Shown here: piece after piece, positions 42,682-52,455 of the stretch
How the letters are laid out: the number at the start of each line of letters is the position of its first letter
How positions within the stretch are numbered: position 1 is the stretch's first letter
IMG/VR virus record: IMGVR_UViG_3300045993_000138
Reading direction: 5' to 3' (one strand)
Length of the DNA stretch: 64,000 nucleotides
From: a virus
Lineage: Duplodnaviria; Heunggongvirae; Uroviricota; Caudoviricetes
Notes under the pieces: model-generated
What the model saw: the letters and a program-made list of their open reading frames with translations, nothing else
Told to the model about the DNA's origin: nothing
Database searches by the model: none
Program-made: the position numbers and the translations under genes

Positions 42682-43590
42682 TCAAAATAGTTTATTCAGT
42701 GTTCCACTGACAACGCTTCCTGCCTTATTGGATACGTTATTGTAGAGTCTATTCTTCAAATCATTTCTCAAATCTTTCTGTAGTGGAACTCCAGGAATGT
42801 TACTGACTGCATCTGGAAAGTTGTCTGTGGCGTGTGTGGTTGTGCTGTACCACTTCTTGTATGCGAATGTGACCATCAATCTATGGATGGAATCATCCGA
42901 CCAGTTTAGTGGTAGGGAACCTATCGATACTGGAATTGCGTCTTCGATGACGCATTCGTAGATGATGTCTGGATTGAATTGGTCTGAATCCTGACGAGTA
43001 TTATCCTTCATTTTTGTCTGACTCAATAGTGCGCCGACTGGTGCAATTAACTGTTCAGCCTTGCCCATTACCGAGTTAATTGCAGCACTCTTCACGGCAC
43101 CTTCGACTCTTTCTAGAAATGTCTGAGGACCGGAGTTCACTGTAACACCATTTAGTGCCTTGGTACCATCTGCAATGTGCGAGTACTGTCTGATCGTAAG
43201 CTTGGATATGTAATCGTTAACGTTGAAATAGTTAACCAGACCATTATCAATACCGTCTGGTGTAGAAGGAATCATTGCCTGTACCCACTTATCGAAGAAG
43301 TTCTTTTCTAGCATTCTTCCATTGCAATAGAATCCTAAAGTGATTTCTGGATAACTTAGATGGTGAGGAATTCTCTTGATGAATCCATAATGACGGAATT
43401 CTGCCATGTTGATTGCAACACCAGGCAACTCGGCAGTATCGCACTGCATGATAAGTTCTTTATCACCAAAACCAAGATTTAGTTTTTGTAATTGTGCTGG
43501 TACTCCAACCAATACATCAAACTTGTCAGTCTTGGCAAATTCTCCATACTTAATGACATGACTACTGAAATCGTTGATATTAAATGCCAT
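42682..43590 (-). CDS. gp54: baseplate-tail tube initiator gp54
   Basis: C..AELPG, ITLGFY, LMVTFAYKKW; synteny. Confidence 0.75.
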   Translation of the reverse strand: MAFNINDFSSHVIKYGEFAKTDKFDVLVGVPAQLQKLNLGFGDKELIMQCDTAELPGVAINMAEFRHYGFIKRIPHHLSYPEITLGFYCNGRMLEKNFFDKWVQAMIPSTPDGIDNGLVNYFNVNDYISKLTIRQYSHIADGTKALNGVTVNSGPQTFLERVEGAVKSAAINSVMGKAEQLIAPVGALLSQTKMKDNTRQDSDQFNPDIIYECVIEDAIPVSIGSLPLNWSDDSIHRLMVTFAYKKWYSTTTHATDNFPDAVSNIPGVPLQKDLRNDLKNRLYNNVSNKAGSVVSGTLNKLF

Positions 43591-44219
43591 TACTTGTTCT
43601 CTTCGTTTTCATCGCTCTGATTGTAATGAGATATGTCTCTAACGGATTCTCTCTGTACTGCTGCCGCGCTTTTACCAACAAATCTCTCAACAGGAAGAAA
43701 TATTGCTGTCTCCCAACTATTGGGTTCGATCTCGACAAGTCTTGACTTTAGATGAGAACTCAAATAACGCTTTAGGCATGGTTGGAATTCTTTGAATCTA
43801 CTAGTCCCACTCAGTAATGTATAGTTAACTCTAAGCTTCGTAGTTTCGTCATATTTCTCATTATTTAGTGTGTTGTATAGTTTATCAAGAAGTATGATTC
43901 TATACTTGATAGGTAGATAATGTAGATTGATTCCCAGAAAACCATCTGGGTATCTTTCGATGGGTATGACTAGAGGAAATCTATCGTAGTAAGGCAGCGT
44001 TTCTTTCAATTTTGGATCGTAATTGAAGAAATACATCTTTCCTGGAAAGATTCTGGTTGCCATTCTCTTTCGGTCTTTGAGCATGGCACGCTGATCCACC
44101 ACAAGGCTCTTGAGGTTATTTCTCAGCCATAGACGAGCATCCGTAGTCCTCAGAGGCATACCAGTTGCCGATAGGTTGGCGTTTATCTTGTCCAGCAGTT
44201 TTGATTTCTTGATTGCCAT
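43590..44219 (-). CDS. gp2: DNA end protector gp2
   Basis: PGKMYFFNYDPK, YDRFPLV, GINLHYLP, KRYL. Confidence 0.92.
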   Translation of the reverse strand: MAIKKSKLLDKINANLSATGMPLRTTDARLWLRNNLKSLVVDQRAMLKDRKRMATRIFPGKMYFFNYDPKLKETLPYYDRFPLVIPIERYPDGFLGINLHYLPIKYRIILLDKLYNTLNNEKYDETTKLRVNYTLLSGTSRFKEFQPCLKRYLSSHLKSRLVEIEPNSWETAIFLPVERFVGKSAAAVQRESVRDISHYNQSDENEENK

Positions 44220-44656
44220 TATTTTTGAAATATCTCTTTTTCGGTTATAATTTTGAATTCCCACCCTCTATCTAGACAGTAATCTGTAGCTGCCTTCCAT
44301 TTGGCTTCGTTAACACCCCAAGTGGCTATTTCGGTTATGTACCCTCTGGTCACTTTCTTCTTTTTGACTGGTGGTTTAGTTTGCTTCTCGGGCTTGACTT
44401 CCACCACCATTTTCTTAATTTCTCCAGATTTGGATCGTACTTTTACAGAGAAATCAGGAAAATACCTATGTACTCTGTTATCCATTGGCGAGATATAGGG
44501 AATGACTAATTCTTCGCTAGACCATTCCAGAACATTCGGATCATCATCTAACCATGTCATCACTCTTCTTTCCCATAGGCTTCTATACCAAATAGAGGCA
44601 GGGTCGCCAGCGTATTTGGAAGGATTCTTTGGGTGGTATCTACCTGAGTATGCCAT
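44219..44656 (-). CDS. gp4: head completion nuclease gp4
   Basis: YRSLWER, WSSEE, HRYFPDF, EVKP, NEAKW. Confidence 0.93.
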   Translation of the reverse strand: MAYSGRYHPKNPSKYAGDPASIWYRSLWERRVMTWLDDDPNVLEWSSEELVIPYISPMDNRVHRYFPDFSVKVRSKSGEIKKMVVEVKPEKQTKPPVKKKKVTRGYITEIATWGVNEAKWKAATDYCLDRGWEFKIITEKEIFQK

Positions 44657-44663
44657 ATAAATA
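44656..44663 (+). promoter_or_regulatory. T4-type late promoter candidate
   Basis: TATAAATA in the divergence point before gp48. Confidence 0.5.
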
Positions 44664-44724
44664 TATTGAGCCTTTTCGTTTATTTAGTGCCCCTAAATAA
44701 ATCATTCTAATCAGGACATTCTAA

Positions 44725-45930
44725 ATGGCATCACCTTCCACAATGAATATGCAAGTAAATACGCCAACTAATCCATCTGGAACGGTGCAACGCGGTCCAT
44801 TATCTGTTCTTGGAAAGAATGATGCATATGACTTTACACACACCAAGTATCCAGCAAGCGGGTTAGGAAGCGAAGTTCCAAATTATATGATCTTCTATAT
44901 TAACCTACCAGATCCATCTAAGTATTATGTTACTGGAAATAAAGTGAGCGGTGATATAGTTTCTATTGCAAATCAGAATGCTAATATTACTGGAAAATCT
45001 GGTCTACAGACAAACAAAGCAATAACGAGTAGTGGAGTAGAACTTGGTGCTGTTGTTGCCTCAAAACAGATTCTTACTGGAATTTCTTCTTCTGTTGGTC
45101 ATGGAACAATTGTAACCGATGCAGCAGACCTTGGTGCAAAAACTGCTTCGGCTGGAATTACTGGTGCCGCTGCTGGTTTAGTTTCGGAAGTGGCACAAGA
45201 TATAGTAAAGAAACCAAGATTCAATAGAATCAAAGAGGCTGTTGCAATATACATGCCAGATACCGTTTTTCACAGATATTCACATAGCTATGAAACTGCA
45301 TCTTTAACATCGGCATTGGGTGATCTTGGTGCAGCGCAAAGAGGCGCGGGGGCACTAGAGGCTGGTTACAATAAATTAAATGGTAATGTACAAGATGGAT
45401 TTGGAGTTGGAAAGGCATTTGGCGAAGTAATGAGTAATCCTGCTGCTACCGAAGCTAAAGGAGCATTGGCAGAAGCCACTGGTACTGTTGGTGGTGGATT
45501 TACTGATTTCCTTCTAAGAAGTAAGGGAAAAACCTTAAATCCTCAAGTTGAAATGATGTATAGAATGACAGATTTTCGTTCGTTCATTTACGAGTTCAAA
45601 TTTCAACCAAGAGATAAAAGTGAAGCCGATACTATAAAGCAAATTATTAATACTTTCAGAAAATATGCTGCACCAGAAATAGCAACAGCAACTAATGGAT
45701 CATACTATATTCCACCCGGTCAATTTGATATTCAATATTGTTTCAAGGATGGAGAGAATGACTATATTGGAAAAGTCTCTACTTGTGTGTTAGAAGACAT
45801 ATCAGTAAACTATTCGGCAGCAGGACAATTTGCAACATTCACGGATGGTGCCCCAATCGACATCAGTATGCAGCTTACCTTCAAGGAAGTTGAAGTTATT
45901 ACTCGCGAAATTGTTGATAGAGGATTCTAA
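44725..45930 (+). CDS. gp48: baseplate tail tube cap gp48
   Basis: IYMPD, NPQVEMMY..FRSF.YEFKF.P, CVL.DISVNY, LTFKE. Confidence 0.88.
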   Translation: MASPSTMNMQVNTPTNPSGTVQRGPLSVLGKNDAYDFTHTKYPASGLGSEVPNYMIFYINLPDPSKYYVTGNKVSGDIVSIANQNANITGKSGLQTNKAITSSGVELGAVVASKQILTGISSSVGHGTIVTDAADLGAKTASAGITGAAAGLVSEVAQDIVKKPRFNRIKEAVAIYMPDTVFHRYSHSYETASLTSALGDLGAAQRGAGALEAGYNKLNGNVQDGFGVGKAFGEVMSNPAATEAKGALAEATGTVGGGFTDFLLRSKGKTLNPQVEMMYRMTDFRSFIYEFKFQPRDKSEADTIKQIINTFRKYAAPEIATATNGSYYIPPGQFDIQYCFKDGENDYIGKVSTCVLEDISVNYSAAGQFATFTDGAPIDISMQLTFKEVEVITREIVDRGF

Positions 45931-45932
45931 AG

Positions 45933-46610
45933 ATGAATTACTTCGAAAATTTTGGAAAGATGTTGTATACACTAGATGATAAGCTAGTAGATTTCAAAAC
46001 AGTAACCAACATATTTACCAAGGTAAAGTTCGTCAAAGAAGTATTGAATAACAGTCAATTATTTTATGCTTATGATATGAATGAAGGAGACACACCTGAA
46101 ATTATTTCTCATAAGCTATATGGTGATCCGAATCGTTATTGGATGGTGATGTTTGCCAATGAATATATTGATCCGTACTATGATGTTCCGTTAAAGTATC
46201 AGGCATTTGATAATTACTTAACTGACAAGTATGGTTCTATAGCAAATGCTCAGTCTCAGATACACCATCATGAAAAACAGGTTACTGTAACTACCAACAA
46301 GAATGGTGCTATAGACAGTCAACTTTATACAACAGAATTGACCACATCATATTATGATAATTCGACAAATTCAATACTACCAAATACACTTGCTACTCTG
46401 AATACGCCGATCATACCTATAAGTACAGAGAGTATTTTAATTCCAGATTCTGATGGAATCAATGTCGATATAACAATAACAACAAATCACGTTGCAGTTA
46501 CTGCATATGATTATGAGGTATCTGTTAATGAAGACAAGAGAAGCGTGAACGTAGTTGATGCAGATTTTGCTGGACGTATTGAAAATGAATTCGCTAATCT
46601 ACTGACATAA
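45933..46610 (+). CDS. gp53: baseplate wedge subunit gp53
   Basis: GDTPEIISHKLYGD..YW, IHHHEK, YDYE..NE.KR. Confidence 0.9.
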   Translation: MNYFENFGKMLYTLDDKLVDFKTVTNIFTKVKFVKEVLNNSQLFYAYDMNEGDTPEIISHKLYGDPNRYWMVMFANEYIDPYYDVPLKYQAFDNYLTDKYGSIANAQSQIHHHEKQVTVTTNKNGAIDSQLYTTELTTSYYDNSTNSILPNTLATLNTPIIPISTESILIPDSDGINVDITITTNHVAVTAYDYEVSVNEDKRSVNVVDADFAGRIENEFANLLT

Positions 46611-46611
46611 A

Positions 46612-47892
46612 ATGACAGAAGCCTTACATACAACATATTCTTACAAACTATCCAAAGCTAACCTCTATACTAGTGGTGGTGAAGTACTGGATATCAGTCA
46701 GACCATAATTGAACTTAATCTTTATGAAGACCTTTTTAGTCCTTGTATGACTGGAATGATCCGTCTTGGTGATGGTGCCGAACTCATTTCAACTTTTAAA
46801 CTTCATGGAAATGAATTTATAGAATTGGAATTAGATAAGCCAACTCTAAACAAACCGATGAAAAAAGTATTCAGAATTTACAAAATATCTGATAGGGATT
46901 CTGATGGTGGTGTTCAGAACTATACCTTACACCTATGTTCTGAGGAAATGATACTTTCTCCACAAATCATGATTTCTAAATCGTACAAAGGCTTGAATAT
47001 AAGTGCAATGGTGAATGATATATTACTTAACTATTTAAAAGTGGATAAAAAGAAGATTGGGCACATAACTCAGACCAGTAGCAACTATGACATTATTATC
47101 CCAAGAATGAATCCTTTCGAGGCAATTATGTGGTTGGGTACTCGCGCATATTCTCCTAAAGGGACTTTGTATTTCTTTTATGAAAATCGTGATGGATTTA
47201 ATTTCTCATCTTACGAAGACCTTCTAGCTAAACCGTCATATGCTACCTATTCCGAAAGAGATAAGACTGATGGTGATGTGATTAAAAACTCTTATACGTT
47301 TACATACTTAAAAATCATTGAAGATTTCGATATCATGAAAGCGAGTCGCTATGGTTCATTTTCATCATCGTTAAATACACTTGACATAATCACCAAGCAA
47401 TTCAAGCCATTCAAATTTAATTCAGTAGATTTAAAAAATACTGGTATCCTTAATAAAGAAGTAACCCTGAATGGATTTAAGAATCGCCTCGGAACTACAT
47501 TCTACGATAGCTATTCAAATATGATGAAGTATGTTGTAGTAAAGGATTCGGATCCAAATGTAAATCCTGCCGTTCCTCAAGATTGGATGTGTCAGACTAT
47601 ATCAAAACTTGGACAGTTACATTTGTTCAAGATGATCGGAACTGTTCCCGGTGACATTCTATTGAAAACTGGTATGGTTATCGATGTTGAAGTTCAGAAG
47701 TATAATCCACAAGAACAGGCAGTAGAGTTAAACAAAGTCAGAAGTGGAAAATATCTAGTATCGGCAGTACACCACAGATTCATTGGTGATGTGTATACCT
47801 GTTCCATAGAATTGCTATCAGATAGTATCAGCGATTATATGCCTGTTCCAGTTAACAACTCCACGAAGTTGAACGAGTTAATTAAATCATGA
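46612..47892 (+). CDS. baseplate hub protein (gp27-like position)
   Basis: LYEDLFSP..TG, FFYENRDGFNF, SGKYLVSAVHH; between gp53 and gp5. Confidence 0.7.
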   Translation: MTEALHTTYSYKLSKANLYTSGGEVLDISQTIIELNLYEDLFSPCMTGMIRLGDGAELISTFKLHGNEFIELELDKPTLNKPMKKVFRIYKISDRDSDGGVQNYTLHLCSEEMILSPQIMISKSYKGLNISAMVNDILLNYLKVDKKKIGHITQTSSNYDIIIPRMNPFEAIMWLGTRAYSPKGTLYFFYENRDGFNFSSYEDLLAKPSYATYSERDKTDGDVIKNSYTFTYLKIIEDFDIMKASRYGSFSSSLNTLDIITKQFKPFKFNSVDLKNTGILNKEVTLNGFKNRLGTTFYDSYSNMMKYVVVKDSDPNVNPAVPQDWMCQTISKLGQLHLFKMIGTVPGDILLKTGMVIDVEVQKYNPQEQAVELNKVRSGKYLVSAVHHRFIGDVYTCSIELLSDSISDYMPVPVNNSTKLNELIKS

Positions 47893-49952
47893 GTTTAGAA
47901 AAGAATTATGCTGGTCTGGATGGTTTTGTCTGGTGGATGGGTATCGTTGAAAATCGCAGCGATCCACTAGGATTAGGGCGTTGCCAAGTTCGTATCTTTG
48001 GATGGAATTCGGCAAGTCTATCTGATATTCCGTCAGAGCATCTACCTTGGGCACATCCAGTCAATGCTCTCAACACTGGTACATTTACCACTCCAAAAGA
48101 GGCTGATATGGTATTCGGTTTCTTCGCAGATGGAAGAAATGCACAGGTTCCTATTATGATGGGAATCATACCAAACTTCAATGCTGATCCTGCAACTTCT
48201 GCTGTCGGATTCAACGATATTCGTACTCCAGAAGTAATCAAGAAATCACCTAAGAAAGTAGTATCCAGAACCTATAAGACTGATGGGACTGGAATACAGA
48301 TTTCCGAGGCTAATACTGCAAACAGTGAAGTAGTCGAATCTCTGAGATATCCTCATGCGGATCAGACCAATAGACCTTCTATTACTGGTCTTTCAAGAAA
48401 TGATTTACATTCATATGATGTGATTTCCTCAAGAAAGAACAAGACATATCCATTCATCAAGACTGCGAATGACACGAAATTCAAAGAACCACCTCCAGCA
48501 TATTCACCAAAGTATCCATTCAACCAAGTTCTAGAAACAGAATCTGGTCATTCTCTGGAATTTGACGACACACCGGGTGCCGAAAGAATAACGCTGGCAC
48601 ACAGAACTGGATCCTTTCAGGAATACTATCCAACCGGCTCAAAGATTGAAGAGATAGTTAGAAACAACTTCAAGATTGTCCTTTGTGATGATCACGTTTA
48701 TATTGTTGGAAAGGCAATGTTGACTGTCGATTCTGACGTTCTTATTCATGCCAGTGGCGACATATACCTTGAAGGTGGAAACAACTTAGATGTCAAAGTT
48801 AGTGGAAAGATGAATCTTAGTGTCGGAGAAGAACTAAACATCAAGGCAAAATCTCTGAATATCGATATCACTGACGATGCCACAGTTATTGCAAAAACTC
48901 AGCATCTAACTGCATCTGATGAATTGAATATCAGTGGAGGATCAACAAAGGTTTCTTCTGATGGTGAACTGAATCTGACTGCTGGAGGATCTGGTAACTT
49001 CCAAGCTGGCGGCACGATGAACCTTAAGGGTACATCCGTCAAAATGGGTGGCGGTACAGTAGATGTCAACGGAGGAATAGTCAAGATTGATGGTGGTGAT
49101 GTTAGTATCAAGAAAGGTGCAGCTTCTCCGGGTGGTGCTTCTTCGGCAGCAACTGGATCCGCTGCTGGAATTCCAGCACCAGAAGCAAGAAACACCAAAA
49201 CAGATGCTCCTGCATATATCGATGCCGGATCGACTCATTTTGAAATCATATCAGTCAACGACGATTTTGAAATGCCAAAAGAAACATACAATAAGATACT
49301 CGCAGACGCCGGATTGCCAGCTACAGATACTGCTCCATTAACTCAAGATGGCGACGGTGTGACACCACCTGCTGGTGGAACAAATAAGGCTGTTGTTTGT
49401 GGATCTGTCACCCTAAAGGATGATTATAAGCAAGTACAGGTATCCAAGAACTTCACATTAGCAGACTATACACAAGGTGGAAGTAGAAAGCTACAGGATC
49501 AGTATGGTCTAACTCAAGCAGAACTACTATGCAATATTGTCAAGCTATCTGAGAACATTGTAGAACCAATATTGGCAGCAGGATTCACATTCACCATCAC
49601 CTCTTGCTATAGAAGAGGTGAAGCAGACCTACCATCTGGTGCTTCGCACACTACTGCTGGCGTTTATAAGCCATCTGACCACGATTTGGCAAGAGCGGTT
49701 GATTTCTCAGCAATCAAGAAAAATGGTGTTTCGATCTCGGCATTTGATGCTGCGACAGAAATATTCTCATTAGTTGGAAAGATCTCCAAACAATTCTTGT
49801 TGGAATATACTACCACTGGTGGTCCGGGTTGGATCCATATTGCCTACGCCGATGGAACATTGAAGTCTGCAATGCCATATGGAACCCTAAAAGACCATGC
49901 AACCTATGCCAGAAACCAGCTTGTAAATCTCAAGCCAACTGCGGTTGCATAG
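47889..49952 (+). CDS. gp5: baseplate central spike gp5 with C-terminal peptidase M15-like domain
   Basis: WWMGIVENRSDPLGLGRCQVRI OB fold, ESGHSLEFDDTPG, beta-helix repeats; SKNFTL/ITSCYR/SDH..AVD/WIHI. Confidence 0.9.
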   Translation: MSLEKNYAGLDGFVWWMGIVENRSDPLGLGRCQVRIFGWNSASLSDIPSEHLPWAHPVNALNTGTFTTPKEADMVFGFFADGRNAQVPIMMGIIPNFNADPATSAVGFNDIRTPEVIKKSPKKVVSRTYKTDGTGIQISEANTANSEVVESLRYPHADQTNRPSITGLSRNDLHSYDVISSRKNKTYPFIKTANDTKFKEPPPAYSPKYPFNQVLETESGHSLEFDDTPGAERITLAHRTGSFQEYYPTGSKIEEIVRNNFKIVLCDDHVYIVGKAMLTVDSDVLIHASGDIYLEGGNNLDVKVSGKMNLSVGEELNIKAKSLNIDITDDATVIAKTQHLTASDELNISGGSTKVSSDGELNLTAGGSGNFQAGGTMNLKGTSVKMGGGTVDVNGGIVKIDGGDVSIKKGAASPGGASSAATGSAAGIPAPEARNTKTDAPAYIDAGSTHFEIISVNDDFEMPKETYNKILADAGLPATDTAPLTQDGDGVTPPAGGTNKAVVCGSVTLKDDYKQVQVSKNFTLADYTQGGSRKLQDQYGLTQAELLCNIVKLSENIVEPILAAGFTFTITSCYRRGEADLPSGASHTTAGVYKPSDHDLARAVDFSAIKKNGVSISAFDAATEIFSLVGKISKQFLLEYTTTGGPGWIHIAYADGTLKSAMPYGTLKDHATYARNQLVNLKPTAVA

Positions 49953-49988
49953 CGTGATAAATAAAGAATACTGGAAGAAACAACGATA

Positions 49989-50381
49989 ATGGCACAATCA
50001 AGCAGAGTATATAAAGACTTAGACCTTAATTTTATTCCACATCCCGTCAAAAAGGATGTGAATAAGAAAGTGGGTGTAAATGCTATTATGCAGTCACTCA
50101 CGAACCTGATTCTTCTCAATCACTATGAAAAACCATTCCATCCAGAAATAGGGTCGAATGTCAGAAAAATGCTCTTCGAACCAATAGATCCGGTTGTTGC
50201 ACAGATTCTGGCGAAGGAAATAACAGATGTTATTACCAATTTCGAGCCTAGAGTCGATTTACAGAACGTCTATGTAGTGGAGAATACTGATGGAAATGGG
50301 TTTGATGTTACCATCGAATTCTTCATGTCTAATGTAGCAGAGCCAATAACAGTTACGTTCTTCCTAGAACGTTTAAGATAG
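49989..50381 (+). CDS. gp25: baseplate wedge subunit gp25
   Basis: YKDLDL.F..HP, EKPFHPEIGS, FEPRV. Confidence 0.92.
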   Translation: MAQSSRVYKDLDLNFIPHPVKKDVNKKVGVNAIMQSLTNLILLNHYEKPFHPEIGSNVRKMLFEPIDPVVAQILAKEITDVITNFEPRVDLQNVYVVENTDGNGFDVTIEFFMSNVAEPITVTFFLERLR

Positions 50382-50391
50382 GATATAGTAA

Positions 50392-52452
50392 ATGGCAACG
50401 AAACTAAATGTAGCAGATCTTGATTTCGATCTAATCAAGAGTAATCTGAAGACATATCTTAAGTCTCAATCAGAGTTCTCAGACTTTGATTTTGAAGGTG
50501 CTGGTATTAACATCCTATTGGACATTCTAGCCTACAACACCCACTACAACTCATTCTACCTCAATATGGTAGCCAATGAAATGTTCCTAGATTCATCTGC
50601 ACTAAGACAGTCTGCCGTATCACATGCAAAATTGATTGGTTATACTCCAAGATCAACTACATCGTCTCTTGCACTAGTAAACGTTGCCATAACTAAAGCC
50701 AATTCAGACCCAACAACTACATTGACTCTACCAAGATTTTCATCATTCAGCAGCCAGTCTTCCGATGGAAAGTCTTACATATTCTTATCAACTGATACCT
50801 ATGTAACTTCGAATGTCGGAAACGTATTCCAGTTCAATGATGTGAAAATCAAGGAAGGTTCATTGGCATCATACGTATTCGTAGTCGATAGCCAAACAAA
50901 TCCAAAGCAGATCTTTGAGCTTCCAGATGCAAATATCGATACATCTACATTACAAGTTATTGTCCAGAAGTCCTCGACAGAACTATCAAAAAACACATAC
51001 ACACTAGCCACCGATTCAACCGAAGTTCTTACAACCAGTCAAGTCTATTATCTTGAAGAAGGACAGAACGGGAATTACAGGATCTATTTTGGTGATGATA
51101 TCTTCGGTGCTGGATTGCAGGACGGCAATCTGGTGGCAGTCTCATACATCAATAGTCTTGGTGATGCTGCCAATGGTCTGGAAGTGTTTAAGTTATTGAC
51201 TCCACTTCTTGCTGGATCTATTTCTAATACCACAACATACGTCAAATCTGCCGGTGGTTCCATCAGAGAACTGGTAGACGACATCAAGTTTGCTGCACCA
51301 AAATCGTTCATCTCAAACAATCGTGCAGTAACCAAATACGATTACATTACCATGATCAACAAGAAGTACCCATACTTCGATGCGGTCAATGTTTGGGGTG
51401 GCGAAGAAGTGACACCACCAGTATATGGCAAGGTTTACGTTGCGGCAAAACCAAAGCTTGGCTATCAAGTAACAGAAGTAGAGAAACAATATTTGATTAC
51501 TGACGTTATCAGAAATTTCAGTGTCATGACTGTAACACCAGAATTCGTAGACGTAAACTACAACTACGTAATGATCACTGCTGACGTAACCTATGATCCT
51601 CGCCAAACAACCATGAATTCTGGACAGATACAGGCTGCGATTAAACAGTCAATCAGCAATTTTGCAGTAGACACTCTGAATAACTTCCAGTCTACCTTCA
51701 AGCTTTCGAAGTTGCTAAGATACATCGATGACACCGATCCTTCGATTCAATCATCTACGGCAGATGTCTATATTCAGAAGCGTCTAAGTCCAGTAATGGG
51801 AACCTCAGAAACCTACACACTGGATTTCAAGACTGAACTAAGAAGAGGCGCGACCGCTCTTGATAGAATATTCAGTACACCTGCATATACTCAGAATGAT
51901 TTTTCTGGTATCGAAAGAAGTATCTTCCTAGAAGAAACACCAGAATCCTTCTCTGGAATTGAAAGTGTCAGTATCGTAATTCCGGGTGCCAACTACACAA
52001 AGACTCCATCGATTGTTATTGATGGAGACGGTACTGGTGCTGCGATGACTGCTGTTATCGTCAACGGAAAACTAAAGAATGTAGTGATTACGAATCCCGG
52101 TGTCGGTTATACCACTGCCGTATTGTCTATCATTCCAGCAGTAAATGATTTCCCTACAACCACGGCACAGATTACGGCTACGATTCAAGGTCAAACTGGT
52201 ATTCTAAGAAGTTACTATTTCGATGGTAATGGTGTCAAGAAAATTCTAGATGCAAATGCTGGTACAATCGACTACGTAAATGGAAAGATGGTATTGTCAA
52301 ATTTCAATCCAATAGATATTAGTGAACCACTCAAGGTCTTGAAGATTCACTCCAAGCCAAATAAGCTGGATTTCAAGTCATCACAGTCCACCATAATCTC
52401 GTTAGATCCTTATGATACATCAGCAATTACAGTGAATATTAGGACAGTTTAA
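50392..52452 (+). CDS. gp6: baseplate wedge subunit gp6
   Basis: LDFDLIK..LK, DFDFEG, LAYNTHY, FLDSS..R, NRAVT..DY, WGGEE. Confidence 0.95.
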   Translation: MATKLNVADLDFDLIKSNLKTYLKSQSEFSDFDFEGAGINILLDILAYNTHYNSFYLNMVANEMFLDSSALRQSAVSHAKLIGYTPRSTTSSLALVNVAITKANSDPTTTLTLPRFSSFSSQSSDGKSYIFLSTDTYVTSNVGNVFQFNDVKIKEGSLASYVFVVDSQTNPKQIFELPDANIDTSTLQVIVQKSSTELSKNTYTLATDSTEVLTTSQVYYLEEGQNGNYRIYFGDDIFGAGLQDGNLVAVSYINSLGDAANGLEVFKLLTPLLAGSISNTTTYVKSAGGSIRELVDDIKFAAPKSFISNNRAVTKYDYITMINKKYPYFDAVNVWGGEEVTPPVYGKVYVAAKPKLGYQVTEVEKQYLITDVIRNFSVMTVTPEFVDVNYNYVMITADVTYDPRQTTMNSGQIQAAIKQSISNFAVDTLNNFQSTFKLSKLLRYIDDTDPSIQSSTADVYIQKRLSPVMGTSETYTLDFKTELRRGATALDRIFSTPAYTQNDFSGIERSIFLEETPESFSGIESVSIVIPGANYTKTPSIVIDGDGTGAAMTAVIVNGKLKNVVITNPGVGYTTAVLSIIPAVNDFPTTTAQITATIQGQTGILRSYYFDGNGVKKILDANAGTIDYVNGKMVLSNFNPIDISEPLKVLKIHSKPNKLDFKSSQSTIISLDPYDTSAITVNIRTV

Positions 52453-52455
52453 TAA

